Positions 50,293 to 62,012 of a stretch of DNA of 64,000 nucleotides are shown here, one piece after another. Below the pieces are notes generated by a model. It searched no databases and was not told where the DNA came from. It saw only the letters and a program-made list of their open reading frames with translations. Where the stretch lies: assembly GCA_022813865.1 (NCBI GenBank), contig JALDZX010000003.1, forward strand, positions 62,001 through 126,000, in the 5' to 3' direction. The stretch is from Xylographa opegraphella (Eukaryota). The position numbers and the translations under genes are program-made. Every line of letters begins with the position of its first letter. Positions within the stretch are counted from its first letter, which is position 1.

Positions 50293-53200
50293 ATGCAGAG
50301 GAGTACGGACCACCCAGAATCAGGGCATGCAGCTGGTGCAGACTTTGAAGATCGTCTTCGGGGGCTTATCCTGAACAACGGTGTTCCCAACGCATTGAAG
50401 CCAGCACCTACAACCCATGAATCAATTGCTCATATCGGCACCCAAGAATTCATACCTCCTCATCTTCGAAGTGCGTCTATAACCGAACAGCAGGAATATC
50501 TGAGACGGCGACAAAAGCAAGTCAACGATACGAAGCCCACAGCTGTAAAAACGAACAGCAGGCCAGTTCAAGCGCAACACAAGGTAGGTGCTACCGAGAG
50601 ACTTGATTTCGACTCACCCACGGTAACAAACTCTCAGGATTCCCAAAACAAAACACAACAAAGTCTGCAAACAACTCGAGGACGGCCTTCGACACCAGCT
50701 CCAAGAACCACTCAGCAGGTGGCAGATACGGTACCCAGCACATTAGGTCGTCCTTTGAGTGGGATCGTGACATCTTCCACAGCTCTAAAGTCCGAAGTCG
50801 GCTTTGACCAACCTCAAAAGTTACGACCTCAAAATACTAAAGTTTTCATTTCTCCCAAAACAGCCCAATCTTTGCCTCATGAAAATCCTCACACGCATCC
50901 CAGGGCCTCGCAGTCATCATCGGCATCTGTAAATCGGCAACTAAGCAATCAAAACTATGTCATTCCACATAATTCACCTTCCCAGGGCCAAAAAAGATTC
51001 CAATCCCATCAAAATGGAAACAGTCAGCGGACAAATGGCCAACAATCCTTTTTATCAAGTCGGAATACTCATACTGCTTTTGCAGATCCCCACAATACCA
51101 TAAAGCAAACTGCGAACTTTGCGAGGCCGCCAATAACCCCCAACAAACAGCTCTATAATCCTAATGGACAGCATCTTGATACTCCAAGCCAATTACATAT
51201 TACAGTTCCTGTACCCATGCGTACCAGCTATCTAGAGTCTCTGGCAGCTTCTGAAATTCCTAAGGCTGAGATACCGCCAAATGAATTACAGGAGAAGGAG
51301 GCTTTGAGGGTCATCCTGCATGAGCTGTGTAGACAGACAGTCTCAGCGTACGAAAGTGCGGAAAATGCATCGTTCGATCCTCAAAGTGTGGCGCTCAAGT
51401 GCTTCGGTAGCTTGAGTTCTGGATATGCCACACATGGATCAGACATGGATCTGATCCTCGTGTCACCCAACTCAATGCCAGATACTGCTTCTCCGGAGTC
51501 TGAGATACCAAGATTGCTCGAAAAAGTGTTGCTAGATCGGGGTTATGGCGCAAGGCTATTGAACAGAACGCGGGTACCCATCATCAAAGTCTGTGAGAAA
51601 CCCACGCCTGAGCTGTTCCAAGCTCTCAAGGACAATCGAAAAAAATGGGAAGAAGAACGAGACCTACCTCCGAAGCCAAAGCGCAGACAGAAAGACTTCA
51701 ACGCCAGAAGTCAAACCCAGGCAAGGAAGCAGAACGACTTGATAGCGGAGAATGTAGAAACTCGGTCTGCAGCTCCAAGTGAAAATGCAGAGGCAATAAT
51801 TGTAGTGAGTCTTCCTTTCGAGAAGAAAGGTAGGGTATACGATCGCATTTCTCAAAAGGAGTCGCCACAAGAAGTGGAAGTCGATACTCGTTCAACAGGT
51901 CCAGTTGAAAGCCCCAGTGCGGCTGTCATAGTGCGTCTCCCCGATGCGGGCTTCTGCCAGCGGCAGCTTCAACTAAGTATTAAAGGAAATCCCCAGGCGT
52001 CGGCTCATAAAGCGGGCACAGCAGGGAGATCTACGCATAGTGAGCAGCAGAACGATGTAGGGAAGCACAACATCAATCGACCGATGAAGAATACCTCGCA
52101 CGATCGAAATTCCTTGTTGACAGACGCACGACCGCAGAACCCGCCTATAGAGCGAACAGATGAAGAATTAGTCCGTCTGTATGGACTGGCAATGAAAGAA
52201 GGCTGGTTCAACGACGAAGAACGGGCAATTATCCATCGCTTCGTTAACATAGTCAAACAACGGAAAGGAAGAGAGCCCGGCGATCTCGAAAAGTCTCGTA
52301 CTGCTCTTAAGAATCTTCCCGACGTTTTGTCGCGTTACCGTGAACGGCCCCAAGACCTGCATCTTGACTTCCCCAAAGATGGAGTCGGTGTCCAATGCGA
52401 TATCAATTTCTCAAACTTCCTGGCGTTACACAACACACTTCTATTACGTTGCTACTCTCACTGTGATCCCCGCATCCGCCAGATGGTTATTTTCGTGAAA
52501 GCTTGGGCTAAGAAACGCAAGATTAATTCACCCTATCATGGGACACTTTCATCATATGGGTACGTTTTGATGGTCTTGCACTACATCGTGAATGTTGCCA
52601 ACCCTCCCCTGGCACCCAACTTGCAAATGGCATGGAAAGCAGCTCCTAAGGAGAAGTTGGAGGAAAATGAATACAATGGGTGCGATATCCGATTCTGGCG
52701 CTCGGAGAGAGAAATCCGTATCGCCGCCAATCGTGGCCAATTAACGACGAACAGACAGTCTTTGGGCTCCCTTTTGCGAGGCTTTTTCCAGTACTTCGCT
52801 CATGAAAGTACAGAGTTTCTTCGTGACAGACAATTCCTTGGTCATGGCTTCTCATGGTCATACAATGTGCTCTCACTTCGAACCTATGGTGGTCTCCTTA
52901 CAAAGAAGGAAAAGGGCTGGACTGGCGCGAGAACAGAGACGATCGAGCCGACAGCGATAGGGCAAGAAGCGAAGGAAGTAAAACATCGCTACCTCTTCGC
53001 AATCGAGGATCCTTTCGAGATTGACCACAACGTCGCAAGACCAGTAGCACACCACGGTATTGTGGCTATCCGTAGTGAGTTCAGAAGAGCTCATAAACTT
53101 ATTTTGAATGCCGGGTTTAGCAATGGAGTTGCGGTCGATCTCTTTGAAGAAGGAAAAGAGCATGTCCAGGAGAGGTTATTTTTTGGACCTAATCCAGCAC

Positions 53201-53478
53201 GCTTTAATATTCACAGGAAATCTGCACCACCAAAAGTGGGTGGGGATACTAATGGTAATCTTCCAGATCGGCAAGGGGACAAGACGTTCAAGGTTGTACC
53301 ACCTCCAGCAGGAGATATGGTGATGCATAGCCTGGCAAATCGTGATACCGTAACCACCCTTGGAAAGATTGAAGAGGTCGATCGCGTTGTGGAACAAGCA
53401 GCCGCAGCGGCGAGGGAGCAGGACGACGATATCAGTCCCGGTAGCCCTATCATCCTCGACGAAGACATGCGAGGTTAG
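50293..53478 (+). CDS. Cid1/CutA-like non-canonical poly(A)/poly(U) RNA nucleotidyltransferase
   Basis: FGSLSSGYATHGSDMDL (GS...DxD), RVPIIK, third Asp in QCDINF, VKAWAKKRKIN, GTLSSYGYVLMVLHY, PAP-associated AIEDPFEIDHNVAR; long disordered N-terminus. Confidence 0.92.
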   Translation: MQRSTDHPESGHAAGADFEDRLRGLILNNGVPNALKPAPTTHESIAHIGTQEFIPPHLRSASITEQQEYLRRRQKQVNDTKPTAVKTNSRPVQAQHKVGATERLDFDSPTVTNSQDSQNKTQQSLQTTRGRPSTPAPRTTQQVADTVPSTLGRPLSGIVTSSTALKSEVGFDQPQKLRPQNTKVFISPKTAQSLPHENPHTHPRASQSSSASVNRQLSNQNYVIPHNSPSQGQKRFQSHQNGNSQRTNGQQSFLSSRNTHTAFADPHNTIKQTANFARPPITPNKQLYNPNGQHLDTPSQLHITVPVPMRTSYLESLAASEIPKAEIPPNELQEKEALRVILHELCRQTVSAYESAENASFDPQSVALKCFGSLSSGYATHGSDMDLILVSPNSMPDTASPESEIPRLLEKVLLDRGYGARLLNRTRVPIIKVCEKPTPELFQALKDNRKKWEEERDLPPKPKRRQKDFNARSQTQARKQNDLIAENVETRSAAPSENAEAIIVVSLPFEKKGRVYDRISQKESPQEVEVDTRSTGPVESPSAAVIVRLPDAGFCQRQLQLSIKGNPQASAHKAGTAGRSTHSEQQNDVGKHNINRPMKNTSHDRNSLLTDARPQNPPIERTDEELVRLYGLAMKEGWFNDEERAIIHRFVNIVKQRKGREPGDLEKSRTALKNLPDVLSRYRERPQDLHLDFPKDGVGVQCDINFSNFLALHNTLLLRCYSHCDPRIRQMVIFVKAWAKKRKINSPYHGTLSSYGYVLMVLHYIVNVANPPLAPNLQMAWKAAPKEKLEENEYNGCDIRFWRSEREIRIAANRGQLTTNRQSLGSLLRGFFQYFAHESTEFLRDRQFLGHGFSWSYNVLSLRTYGGLLTKKEKGWTGARTETIEPTAIGQEAKEVKHRYLFAIEDPFEIDHNVARPVAHHGIVAIRSEFRRAHKLILNAGFSNGVAVDLFEEGKEHVQERLFFGPNPARFNIHRKSAPPKVGGDTNGNLPDRQGDKTFKVVPPPAGDMVMHSLANRDTVTTLGKIEEVDRVVEQAAAAAREQDDDISPGSPIILDEDMRG

Positions 53479-53935
53479 CTTTCAAAACACAAGAAAGGTG
53501 TCGAGCACTGGCATCACGAAGTAATTAGCTTTTATTTCTATCCTCAGTTATATTTCTTGAGCATCATTATAGCAATGGCTCGGTCCTCCGAAATCGAAGC
53601 AGCTTGAAACCAGCATTCTTTCTGGGACTATTCTATTTTAGTCTTTCTGAAAATGCGCCAAAATACCCTGTCGCAAGGGAGACACACAATCGATCTATTT
53701 CACGTCCTCAATTGGCTGGAAAAGGAACGACATAAGCTGGTTTACAAGGTTTCTTTTAATGATTTTTCCTGCCAGCCACAGAATATTTAGTAGGCATAGC
53801 TCGACATTTTGCCCGAGACAGTACTGCTTATGTTATATCTCTATTTGTGACAGTCATGGTATCATCTAATACGCGATTTAAAGCTTCAACCATTTCACCC
53901 CTTTTCATTACTCTTTCCCAACCACCAGCACAGAT

Positions 53936-54958
53936 TCATACCTTGTACTCCAGTGTCCCTTTGACACAGTCCCAAAACTCCTGCACAAACTTCTTCTGTT
54001 CTTGCTCTCCCCCATGCGTTCCCCTAACAGCTAGATACCGCCTTCCATCCACCGTCGGGTCCCACTCCCCCTTGTTCCCCCCTACCATCATCCCTCCGGC
54101 TTCCTCCAGAATGACCCAGCCCGCAGCCACATCCCACGCCCAGCACCCACCCTCCCAGTACGCGTCTAAACCGCCAGTCGCCACCCCACACAAGTTCAAA
54201 GCTGCCGACCCTAAGCTCCTTAGACTATGCACCATCGCGCCACCGCCTTCAGGCGCGCCTGCTAGCGCCGCAAACGTCCCCACCTTCACATCCCAGTTTT
54301 TCCCGCTCCGCTCGTTCCCCCACTCCACAGCCACAAGCGCCTCGTCCAAGCCGCGCAGCGGCTCGGGAGGATTGCGCAGAGGCAGCTGTCGCATCTTGGC
54401 AGGGTCATCTTTACCGAGAGAGGTGGACGTGAGGTACGCGCCGCGGCCTTTAATGGCGTGGTAGATTTGGGCAGTGAAAGGGTTGAAGACGACGCCTACG
54501 AGAGGCCGCAAATCGTGCACGAAAGCGAGGGAGATACTGATGTACGGGTGGCCGTGGACGAAGTTGGTCGTTCCGTCGATAGGGTCGCAGACGAAAGTGG
54601 GGGCGGCGGTGAGGTGTAGACCTGGGTGGTAGGTCTCTTCGCCGAGGAAGCTGGGAAAGAGGGAGGTGAGCGAGATTGGGAAAGGGAGGGCGGCGGAGCT
54701 CACGAATAGGATGGGTAGCGGGATTTGAGGGCGCTGGAGACCATGTTTTCGACTGCTTGGTCGGTTTCGGTGACGAGGTCGGAGGCTATATGGTGCGCCT
54801 TAGCATTGAATGAGCCCTGACGAGATTGGGGAGCGCGGACAGTTTTTCTTCGTATCGGTGGTGCTGGTAGAGGGGTGGGCGGAAGTGATCATCTCGCCGG
54901 CCTGCATGGCGATTTCTACAAGGAAGTCATGGATACCCTGGAGATCTGGTTCTGCCAT
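53936..54958 (-). CDS. INM1: Inositol monophosphatase family protein, 3 exons
   Basis: DLVTETD, FLGEE, CDPIDGTTNFVHG, RSLGSAALNLC, WDVAAGWVILEEAGG. Confidence 0.92.
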
Positions 54959-55246
54959 TTTTGGACGGTAGATGTGTGGTTTTGGTCTTCAGGACTTGTA
55001 TTGAGTTGGGATTAGAGTGTAGTCGCCCTTGGCTTAGTTCGCACACAATGTTGTTGAAACTCCTAGATAATAGCAAGGTGGTAGTCGGAAGAGAACCTTG
55101 GTAGTCTTTCCTACGTTTCCGGACGCCTACGGATGACCGCTTCTAGCAAAAGTGTTGAATATGGCAGAATTCCTTATCTTAGGCTATCGGCTCACCGCCT
55201 TGGGGTCCCGCGTACTCCGTAGATGATGACACGAGATCTTAGTGCA

Positions 55247-55252
55247 ACGCGT
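55247..55252. promoter_or_regulatory. MCB box (ACGCGT) upstream of the RPA1-like gene; second CGCGT at ~55209
   Basis: Exact ACGCGT about 47 bp upstream of the ATG at 55299. Confidence 0.5.
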
Positions 55253-55298
55253 CCTTGATCCTTCACATCACTGCTGCTCGGGACTGTCTGAAGACATA

Positions 55299-56955
55299 AT
55301 GAAGGGCGTTGTGCCCTGGTAAGACGACGGGCTCCGACATCCTATGAAACTACACTGGACATCCACAAGCGACGAAGATGACGACGACGACGGCGCGTCC
55401 AAACCGGCCCTCAAACCTGTAATCAGAGAGCTTGTGCGTACCGGAGTCCATCCGCCGTTCCTGAAACTTCTGGTGGACAAGATCCTCGTAGTACCTTATC
55501 TGAGGAATGATGGGAAGAAATCGGAAGCCTATCGCGTTTGGCTAAGTGATGGAGAAAAAATTATACAGGGTATGGTAGATCACGACAGGTCGATTTGTTG
55601 TTGGGCTATTTTGCAAACATCATTAGCATTTGCATATATTGAGTCCCTGCATTGATATTGCACATCGGTCTTCTTCGTATATTGCTGTGTATAAAGCGCC
55701 CATGCCGTTCTAGCCACAGTTCAGTCCAGTGCTTGATGCCACTGTAATAGTGCTGCGTTTGAGTATGATACGTTCATTTGCGAATGCTCCTACATCCTTG
55801 GAGGCTAATTTGTGTCTCAAGCTGCTCTACTACGTGACGTTCATCCTTATTTCATCTATGGGCAGATTCGCGAAGGTTCCTTCGTCGAGGTTACGAAGTA
55901 CAAACTCGCTAGATCCAAAAGATTGTCAGGAGAGGGCACTATCCTGTAAGAATTTTTTTATCGTGGATATGTAACGGGACATTAATCTGATTAGGCACCT
56001 CCTCGTCGACGATCTTCATGCCTTCGGGCACGATGGAAGACCTACACCACCAATCGAAGATGCTGTTCTTCTAAAGCCAAAGGATGCGGCAAATACCACA
56101 GCTCGGGACATTGCAGAAGCTTCGTCGGACATGCATAGCATCTCCCAAGAGCCAGAGCCTGAAGAAACCACCATTTCGAACAACATATCATCTGACGAGG
56201 ACGCGGTGGATCTGGTGCCTTGGTACGACGAGCACCAAGGGAAGAAGTCTAAAGCGATATTAACCTCCGAAAAGAGACCTCCACCACCCTATCCGACGAA
56301 ACGGACACGAGAAGAAAGCCCGAGCCCATTACAGCCCGTCAGCCCGAACGTCAAGCAACCCTCCAAGCACCCCCACTTATCTCACAAGCCAGCTTCCACC
56401 CTCGCAGACCACTCCACAACCTCACCCACCACCTCATCCTCACCCACACCCCACCGTCCCTCCACCGTCCACCCATCCCCACCAGCCCTCCTCCCCATCA
56501 CACGCCCCCTCCGCCTCCAGCCCCTCGCACACATCACCGGCGCCCGCGCCACACGCAACAAAGTCGTCGACGTCTTCGCCGTCGTCGCCTCCGTGACCGC
56601 CACGCTCGTCAAATGCCCCGGCATGCCCGACGGCATCCACTACAAGCGCGAGCTGCGCATCACCGACCCCAGCACCCCCAAGCACGTCATGCTGAGCGTC
56701 TTCGTCGCCCCGCACGCCTTCCTGCCCGCCGTCGGCACCGTCGCGCTGTTTCGCAGCCTGACTACCAACCGGTGGGACAGCGGCTCGCTGAACGCGTTCG
56801 GCCGCGACTGTGAGGGCAAGTGTTGGTTCGTGCCTGATCCGTGGAATGTGCCGGGGTGTGATGTGCTCGGGTTGCGGATGTGGTGGTTGGGGAAGAGGGT
56901 GGAGGAGGTGGTGGGGAAGGAGGATGTTGAGGCGCTATTGCCGGTTGGTTGTTGA
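55299..56955 (+). CDS. Uncharacterised two-OB-fold protein: RPA70N-like N-domain, disordered linker, RPA1/POT1-type ssDNA-binding OB; about 4 exons
   Basis: Spliced N-domain AYRVWLSDGEKIIQAALLRDVHPYFIYGQIREGSFVEVTKY...LLVDDL; C-domain VVDVFAVVASV...KRELRITDPST...VMLSVF...GTVALFRSL...WDSGSL. Start is either 55299 or 55344. Confidence 0.75.
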
Positions 56956-57040
56956 GTTGGTTGGAGGGTTGGAGAGTTGCTTTTGTGATGTTGTGTTGAG
57001 GTTCCTTTGGTCGTTGGATATCCATGGTTTTGGTTCGCGC

Positions 57041-57078
57041 AACGTATTACCCAATCACGTTTTACCCAATCACGTTTT
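57041..57078. repeat. 15-bp tandem repeat, about 2.5 copies (TTACCCAATCACGTT)
   Basis: acgtattacccaatc acgttttacccaatc acgtttt in the convergent 3' intergenic region. Confidence 0.75.
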
Positions 57079-57350
57079 ATTTTAATTTTTTATGGCACGT
57101 ATTCTTCGGTGACTCAAATATATGGGTCTGTAGGTACAGTATCTCGTCGTCCCACACAATCGACGCCGCAGGTCAAACAGCTTCGTAAATCGATGATTTG
57201 CGGGCAAATATCTACAGCGCTATCCTCCATCGACTAAATGCCTCATCTCGCACCACCCACCCATCCCTGTCCCTCACCTCCCGCCCTCCACCCCTCACCT
57301 TCCCACACACGCGCCCCCCACGCTCCCTTCTCCCCAACTCTCCCCGCCCC

Positions 57351-59044
57351 TCACACCACCGGCCCGCAGCTAAAGCTCGCCGCACTATTGACATCCCCGC
57401 CCCCATAAACCGGCGTACTCGGATACGGACACAGCAAGCGCTGCCGCACGACCCCGTCGCCCACGGTATCGTTCCGAAACTTAGTCGCGACAATCGCATC
57501 GGGCGCCTGCCCATTCTCCACCCACGCCATCAGCGCCAGCAGAGCGTCGTGGCGGGTGTCCTCGAAGCCCGGCACGCCGTGCTGGCCAGGGGGCAAGAGG
57601 GAGCCCGCCTGGCCGGCGCCGGCGAAGTACCACGGGGCGTCGTGGACGCTGCCGGCGCAGTGCTGCATGCCGGGCACGAGGAAGAAGCGGTACCAGTCGG
57701 CGAGGGGAACGCCGCGCGGGAGCAGGGTGCGCAGGACGTGGGTGTAGAAGTAGACGCTGGAGCCGGTGGCGATGAGGGCGTCGGCGAGGCCGTGGTACTG
57801 CAGCAGCTTGCCGCCGCGCGCGTGGAAGGGCCCGAGGTCGAAGTCGTCCGCGTTCGCGGCGCCGGGGTTCTGCGCGTCCGCGAGCTGCACCGTCGCGTAG
57901 CTGAAGTCCGTGTATGGCCAGTGGGGGTCGTTGAGCAGGAAGTACTGCACGTACTCGGTGCCGAGGGCGTTGGGGGCGGAGCCGCCGAGGAGGACGGGCC
58001 ATTGGGCTTCGGAGCCGAGCTCGAGGTGCGGGAAGACGAAGGTCTGGTTCGTGTCGACGTAGTTGTTGTCTGGGGGTGGGTGCGTTAGCATTGGGGAGGG
58101 AGGGAGGCATGGCTTGCGTGGGGGCAGCGCGGTTGGGGCTTACAGATGTGGTACAGGGTGTCGAGCTGCGGGGAGGTCAGGCAGGCGGAAGTGTTGGAGG
58201 AGGGCGTGCACAGCAGGGCCTCGTAGTAGAAGTCGCAGCGGCGGGGGTCGACGATGATGCCGTCGACGAGGCCGTCGAGGCCGTCGCATTGGCGGAATAC
58301 CTCGGCGCTGATGACGGGGAAGAGGGAGACCGGGATGTGCGAGGACGCGTTGACGGGCAGGTTGTACGTGCCGAGCTTGATGGTCCACGTCTGCAGGTGG
58401 GTGGTCCACCACGCGGGTGCGCCGGCCAGCACGCCGTCGAAGTCTTCGGGGTACAGCTCGATGTCTTTGAGGCCTTGGCGGCCGCCGGTCGAGCAGCCGG
58501 AGTAGTACGAGTATTGAATGGCACATTGGTAGTAGGATGTAACGAGCTGCTTGGCGAGTACGATCGAGCCGTGCATTGCGCGGTAGCCCCAGTCGATCTT
58601 CTTCTCGGGTAGGTTGAGAGCCCACGAGATGTCAAAGGAGGTGGAATTATGGCCCGTGTCAGTGGAGATCACAGCGAAGCCATACTGCAGGCCGGCGCCC
58701 ATGTCGAGGTAGTTGACACCACCTGCAAAGCCTCCATTGCCGACTGCTAGAAATCGCTCGTTCCATAGGTCTGGGAGGAAGAGGCCGAAGGTGAACGAGG
58801 AAGTAGAGGAGGATGTCACGTTCACGAGAACGGCACAGAATGGGGGCAGGTTTGTAGCATTGGTTGGATAACCTTGGTTGTAAGGATTCCCAAACGTGGA
58901 GTTGGGACCATTCGGTATGGCATATAAGACGCTAGCATTTGCAGGCAGAACATGGGTGAACGCTGACGGGGTACATTGGTAACCAAGGGTTTTGACAATG
59001 CCAAGGCCGAGCAGATGCACAGCGAGGTACTTGAAAACCCACAT
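57351..59044 (-). CDS. Secreted tannase/feruloyl esterase, 2 exons (intron ~58070-58143)
   Basis: Signal peptide MWVFKYLAVHLLGLGIVKTLG; WNERFLAVGNGG, STDTGH, YYSGCSTGGRQG (Cys-Ser), YHGLAD (Asp), PGMQHC (His-Cys), WVENGQAP, RLLCPYP. Confidence 0.93.
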
Positions 59045-60014
59045 TTTGCTACAGAACTGAACTGAGAAGAAATGCTCGGATACGGAATTGGCTCCCCTCA
59101 AGCTCTGTTATATGTCACTTTTCCTCAAACTTTCCTGTACATCTAGCCAGACATGGTACCTGCCTAGCGCCTTTTTGAATTGCGGGGAAAGCTGCGGTGG
59201 ATGCAGCGGTACCTATCACGGATCTACCCAAAGCACAATCGAATGCCGCTACAGATTGAAATCAGGCGCGAGATCTGCGGCAACAAGTATAACACAAGCG
59301 ACTGGCACCAAGGTTGGACGATTATCTATACGCGAAATACTTGCCTCGGTGCAAATGCCATAACAAGAGCTCATTATAGCACACGTATGAAACAACGAAT
59401 ACAACCAGGGAGCCAGGCAAAGGATGCAACAAACCTCAAGGCACAGGCCACAGGTACCAGGTAGATGGAACATAATCCGCACGTAGCGACGAGGTTGCCA
59501 AGCAGTGAGCGGAGCAATTCCGCTTCCTGTCCGGAGAGCTCGTCGTTGCTGCTCAAGCCTCACGTTGAGTGGGGTCGTCCTTCTTACCAGATCAGTCCTA
59601 GCGGCATTGTCGAGCAGGTTCCTGCAAATTAGCCGAGTTGCAGCTCGTCCGTTTCGATTTCCCGCTTGGAATGCCGCTCAATAAGGAACCTTAGCTGACC
59701 TCTCAAGTCTGCCCACATACCAACGATCGGATCAACAAGCCGTCTCCTCCTTGGGAAGCTCTGGTTACTGGCAGGCCCCCTCGATACAGATAGTAACAAC
59801 CGTATATTCATCTCGTTACGTGCATGCCTTGTAAGCATCAACGGAGTGCAACTCGTATGCTCGCAGGAAATATGACAATCCACACTGCCATATTAATCTC
59901 TTTACCCGGAGCTGCAACGCACACAGAAACTGGTAGAGCCGTTCTGAGAAGACAGGAATTGCTTGAGCTTCCATCCAGCATGCCATCGATCGATTGCCGG
60001 GACATAAGGCGTAT

Positions 60015-62012
60015 CTAAAACACCTCTTCGGCGCCAATCGTCCTCACCACATCCCGGAAAGCCATCTGATCCTCAGTCGCCGGCATCCAGGATGCGCCGC
60101 TGCGAACAACGTCGCCATCCTTGTTCGTAGCATAGCAACTCACTCGGAGTTTAGACTTCTCCACTGAGATAGATAGGACTTCAAGCCTACCGTCGGCGCT
60201 GGCATCCGTACTTAGCTGGCATTCGTGCAGAGACGAGATTTGCCAACGCTTATTCTCGGCGTCAACGATGGATACCAAATCGAGAGTCAGTAGGTGGAGG
60301 AGGTGGGTTTCCATCTCGGCGGCAGATGTGAAGGACGTTTCTTGAGGTAATTGGGCCAGAGCAGAATCGGGAGGTGCATCGAGGACTATCTTGTACTCTA
60401 TTCCTTGGAGATGGGTCCGTATATGTACCACCAGAACTGACGACATGGATGGCAGTGTAAGCCTAGACTGAGCCTGTAATGGCGAACAGGTAGCTGCGGC
60501 CAGCGTCTCCATGAGTGGCTCGTCGCTGGATGTCTTCAAATGCAGCGATCCGAGTACACCAAGGACGCCCGTCGGTGGCTCTACTGTCATAATCAAGTCC
60601 GCCCTTTTAAGAGTGGCATGGATACTCTGCAGAAAATCTGAATGATCATTCAACGCCGATTGTTGTTGCAGAAGTGCTAGTAATGGGCGTAGAATTGAAT
60701 AGATCGGTCGCGGTGGCTTCCGTTCAGTCAGTGGCGGTAGTGGTCGAGTACGCAGATTGTAGTTCTGGCGATGAGCATGGCATAAGAGCAGTTTGCAAGC
60801 CAAGGAAAATGCTCTTGCCAGATAGCGATCCGTAGAGTATGGACTTGCGCCATCGACAACTCCATTCTCCTCTATGGATGGCTCCGCCAGATCCACAGTA
60901 AGACTCCTTCCTTCCTCCAACGGGATCGTGATGCCCTCGGTCATACATTGAATTCCTCTGTTGGTCAGACTTCGTGCCTCTCTATACATCTCATGGTACA
61001 ATTCTTCATCGTAGATGGCATTCCGCGCCCGCCTGATGGAGCCTTCGACGGATGGATCCTCGTTTTCAACAGACATGCTAACGGAGGAAGAAGCAGTGGT
61101 CCGACCGCGTTGTTTAACGGTGACCCGGAGTCTGCGCGACACTGGTGCCTGAAGCCCTAAGTCTAAGAAGATGCTACCATCCTCATTTCGGCGCAAGGCA
61201 GCAAGCCCACGGTCACGATACTCTGCAGCAGCTGACGCAAATATTAGATCCCTTCCATTATCAGAGTCACCTTTGGATTACCTTCAGCAAAGCCGTAACG
61301 GACGCCCAGATTGTGTCTCTCTCGTGGTAATCGACATATGGACCAACCCTTCTTCTGTACCGAGAGCACTTCTTCCCAGTGCTTGGCTTCTTGTTCCATT
61401 TCTGTACCGAGCCGAGTGGCAGAGGCAATTAGAGAATCCGCTGTAGCAGTCAACGATTGCAGCTTCCAGCCAGTAGAAACACGCTCATCGTCCGTCTGCT
61501 TGGCTTCAGACTTTGGTGGTGACTGCACTATTTCCACTCCTAGAGTCCCAAGGGGTAGGTGCTGCTTCAGATATGGAGATATCGAAGCCTCGGCCTGTTT
61601 CGGAATATGCCTGGACAGTAGCAGAGATATGAAATCCAATGCTTGGCCACTATCATTCTGGGCCTGCCTGGTCGATCTGAGTTTGCAGGCTACATTTAGG
61701 AATCCTCAAGCGGGCTTACCCAATCTGCTTGAGTATCTCATCTCGACCCACCAGTACTTCATCCTTCCTAGACTTCGTCGACGCAAGCTTCTCATCCAGA
61801 TATTGCTCGTTGTCGCTGTCTTGCAGTTCACCGGCCTCGATTGCCCGGATATCTTGTTCCAGGCTCTGTTCTGTGAGATTACGGAAGGAGCCTTTTTGTC
61901 CGTTGATTCGTGTAATCAAAAACGATAGGCTCTGATCTTCCGTCTTTCTCGTAGGCCAAACTCGCAGCGAAACAGACAGGTCACTTGCCATGGTTGATGT
62001 AGACGTCTCCAT
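60015..62012 (-). CDS. MED17: Mediator subunit Med17 (Srb4), 3 exons
   Basis: LITRINGQKGSFRNLTEQSLEQDI, ALDFISLLLS, GWKLQSL, LGVRYGFAE, IRRARNAIYDEELYHEMYREAR. Confidence 0.9.

Noticed and set aside
57198..58635. Multiple long overlapping ORFs around the tannase gene
   Set aside because: Stop-poor alternative frames of very GC-rich coding DNA.
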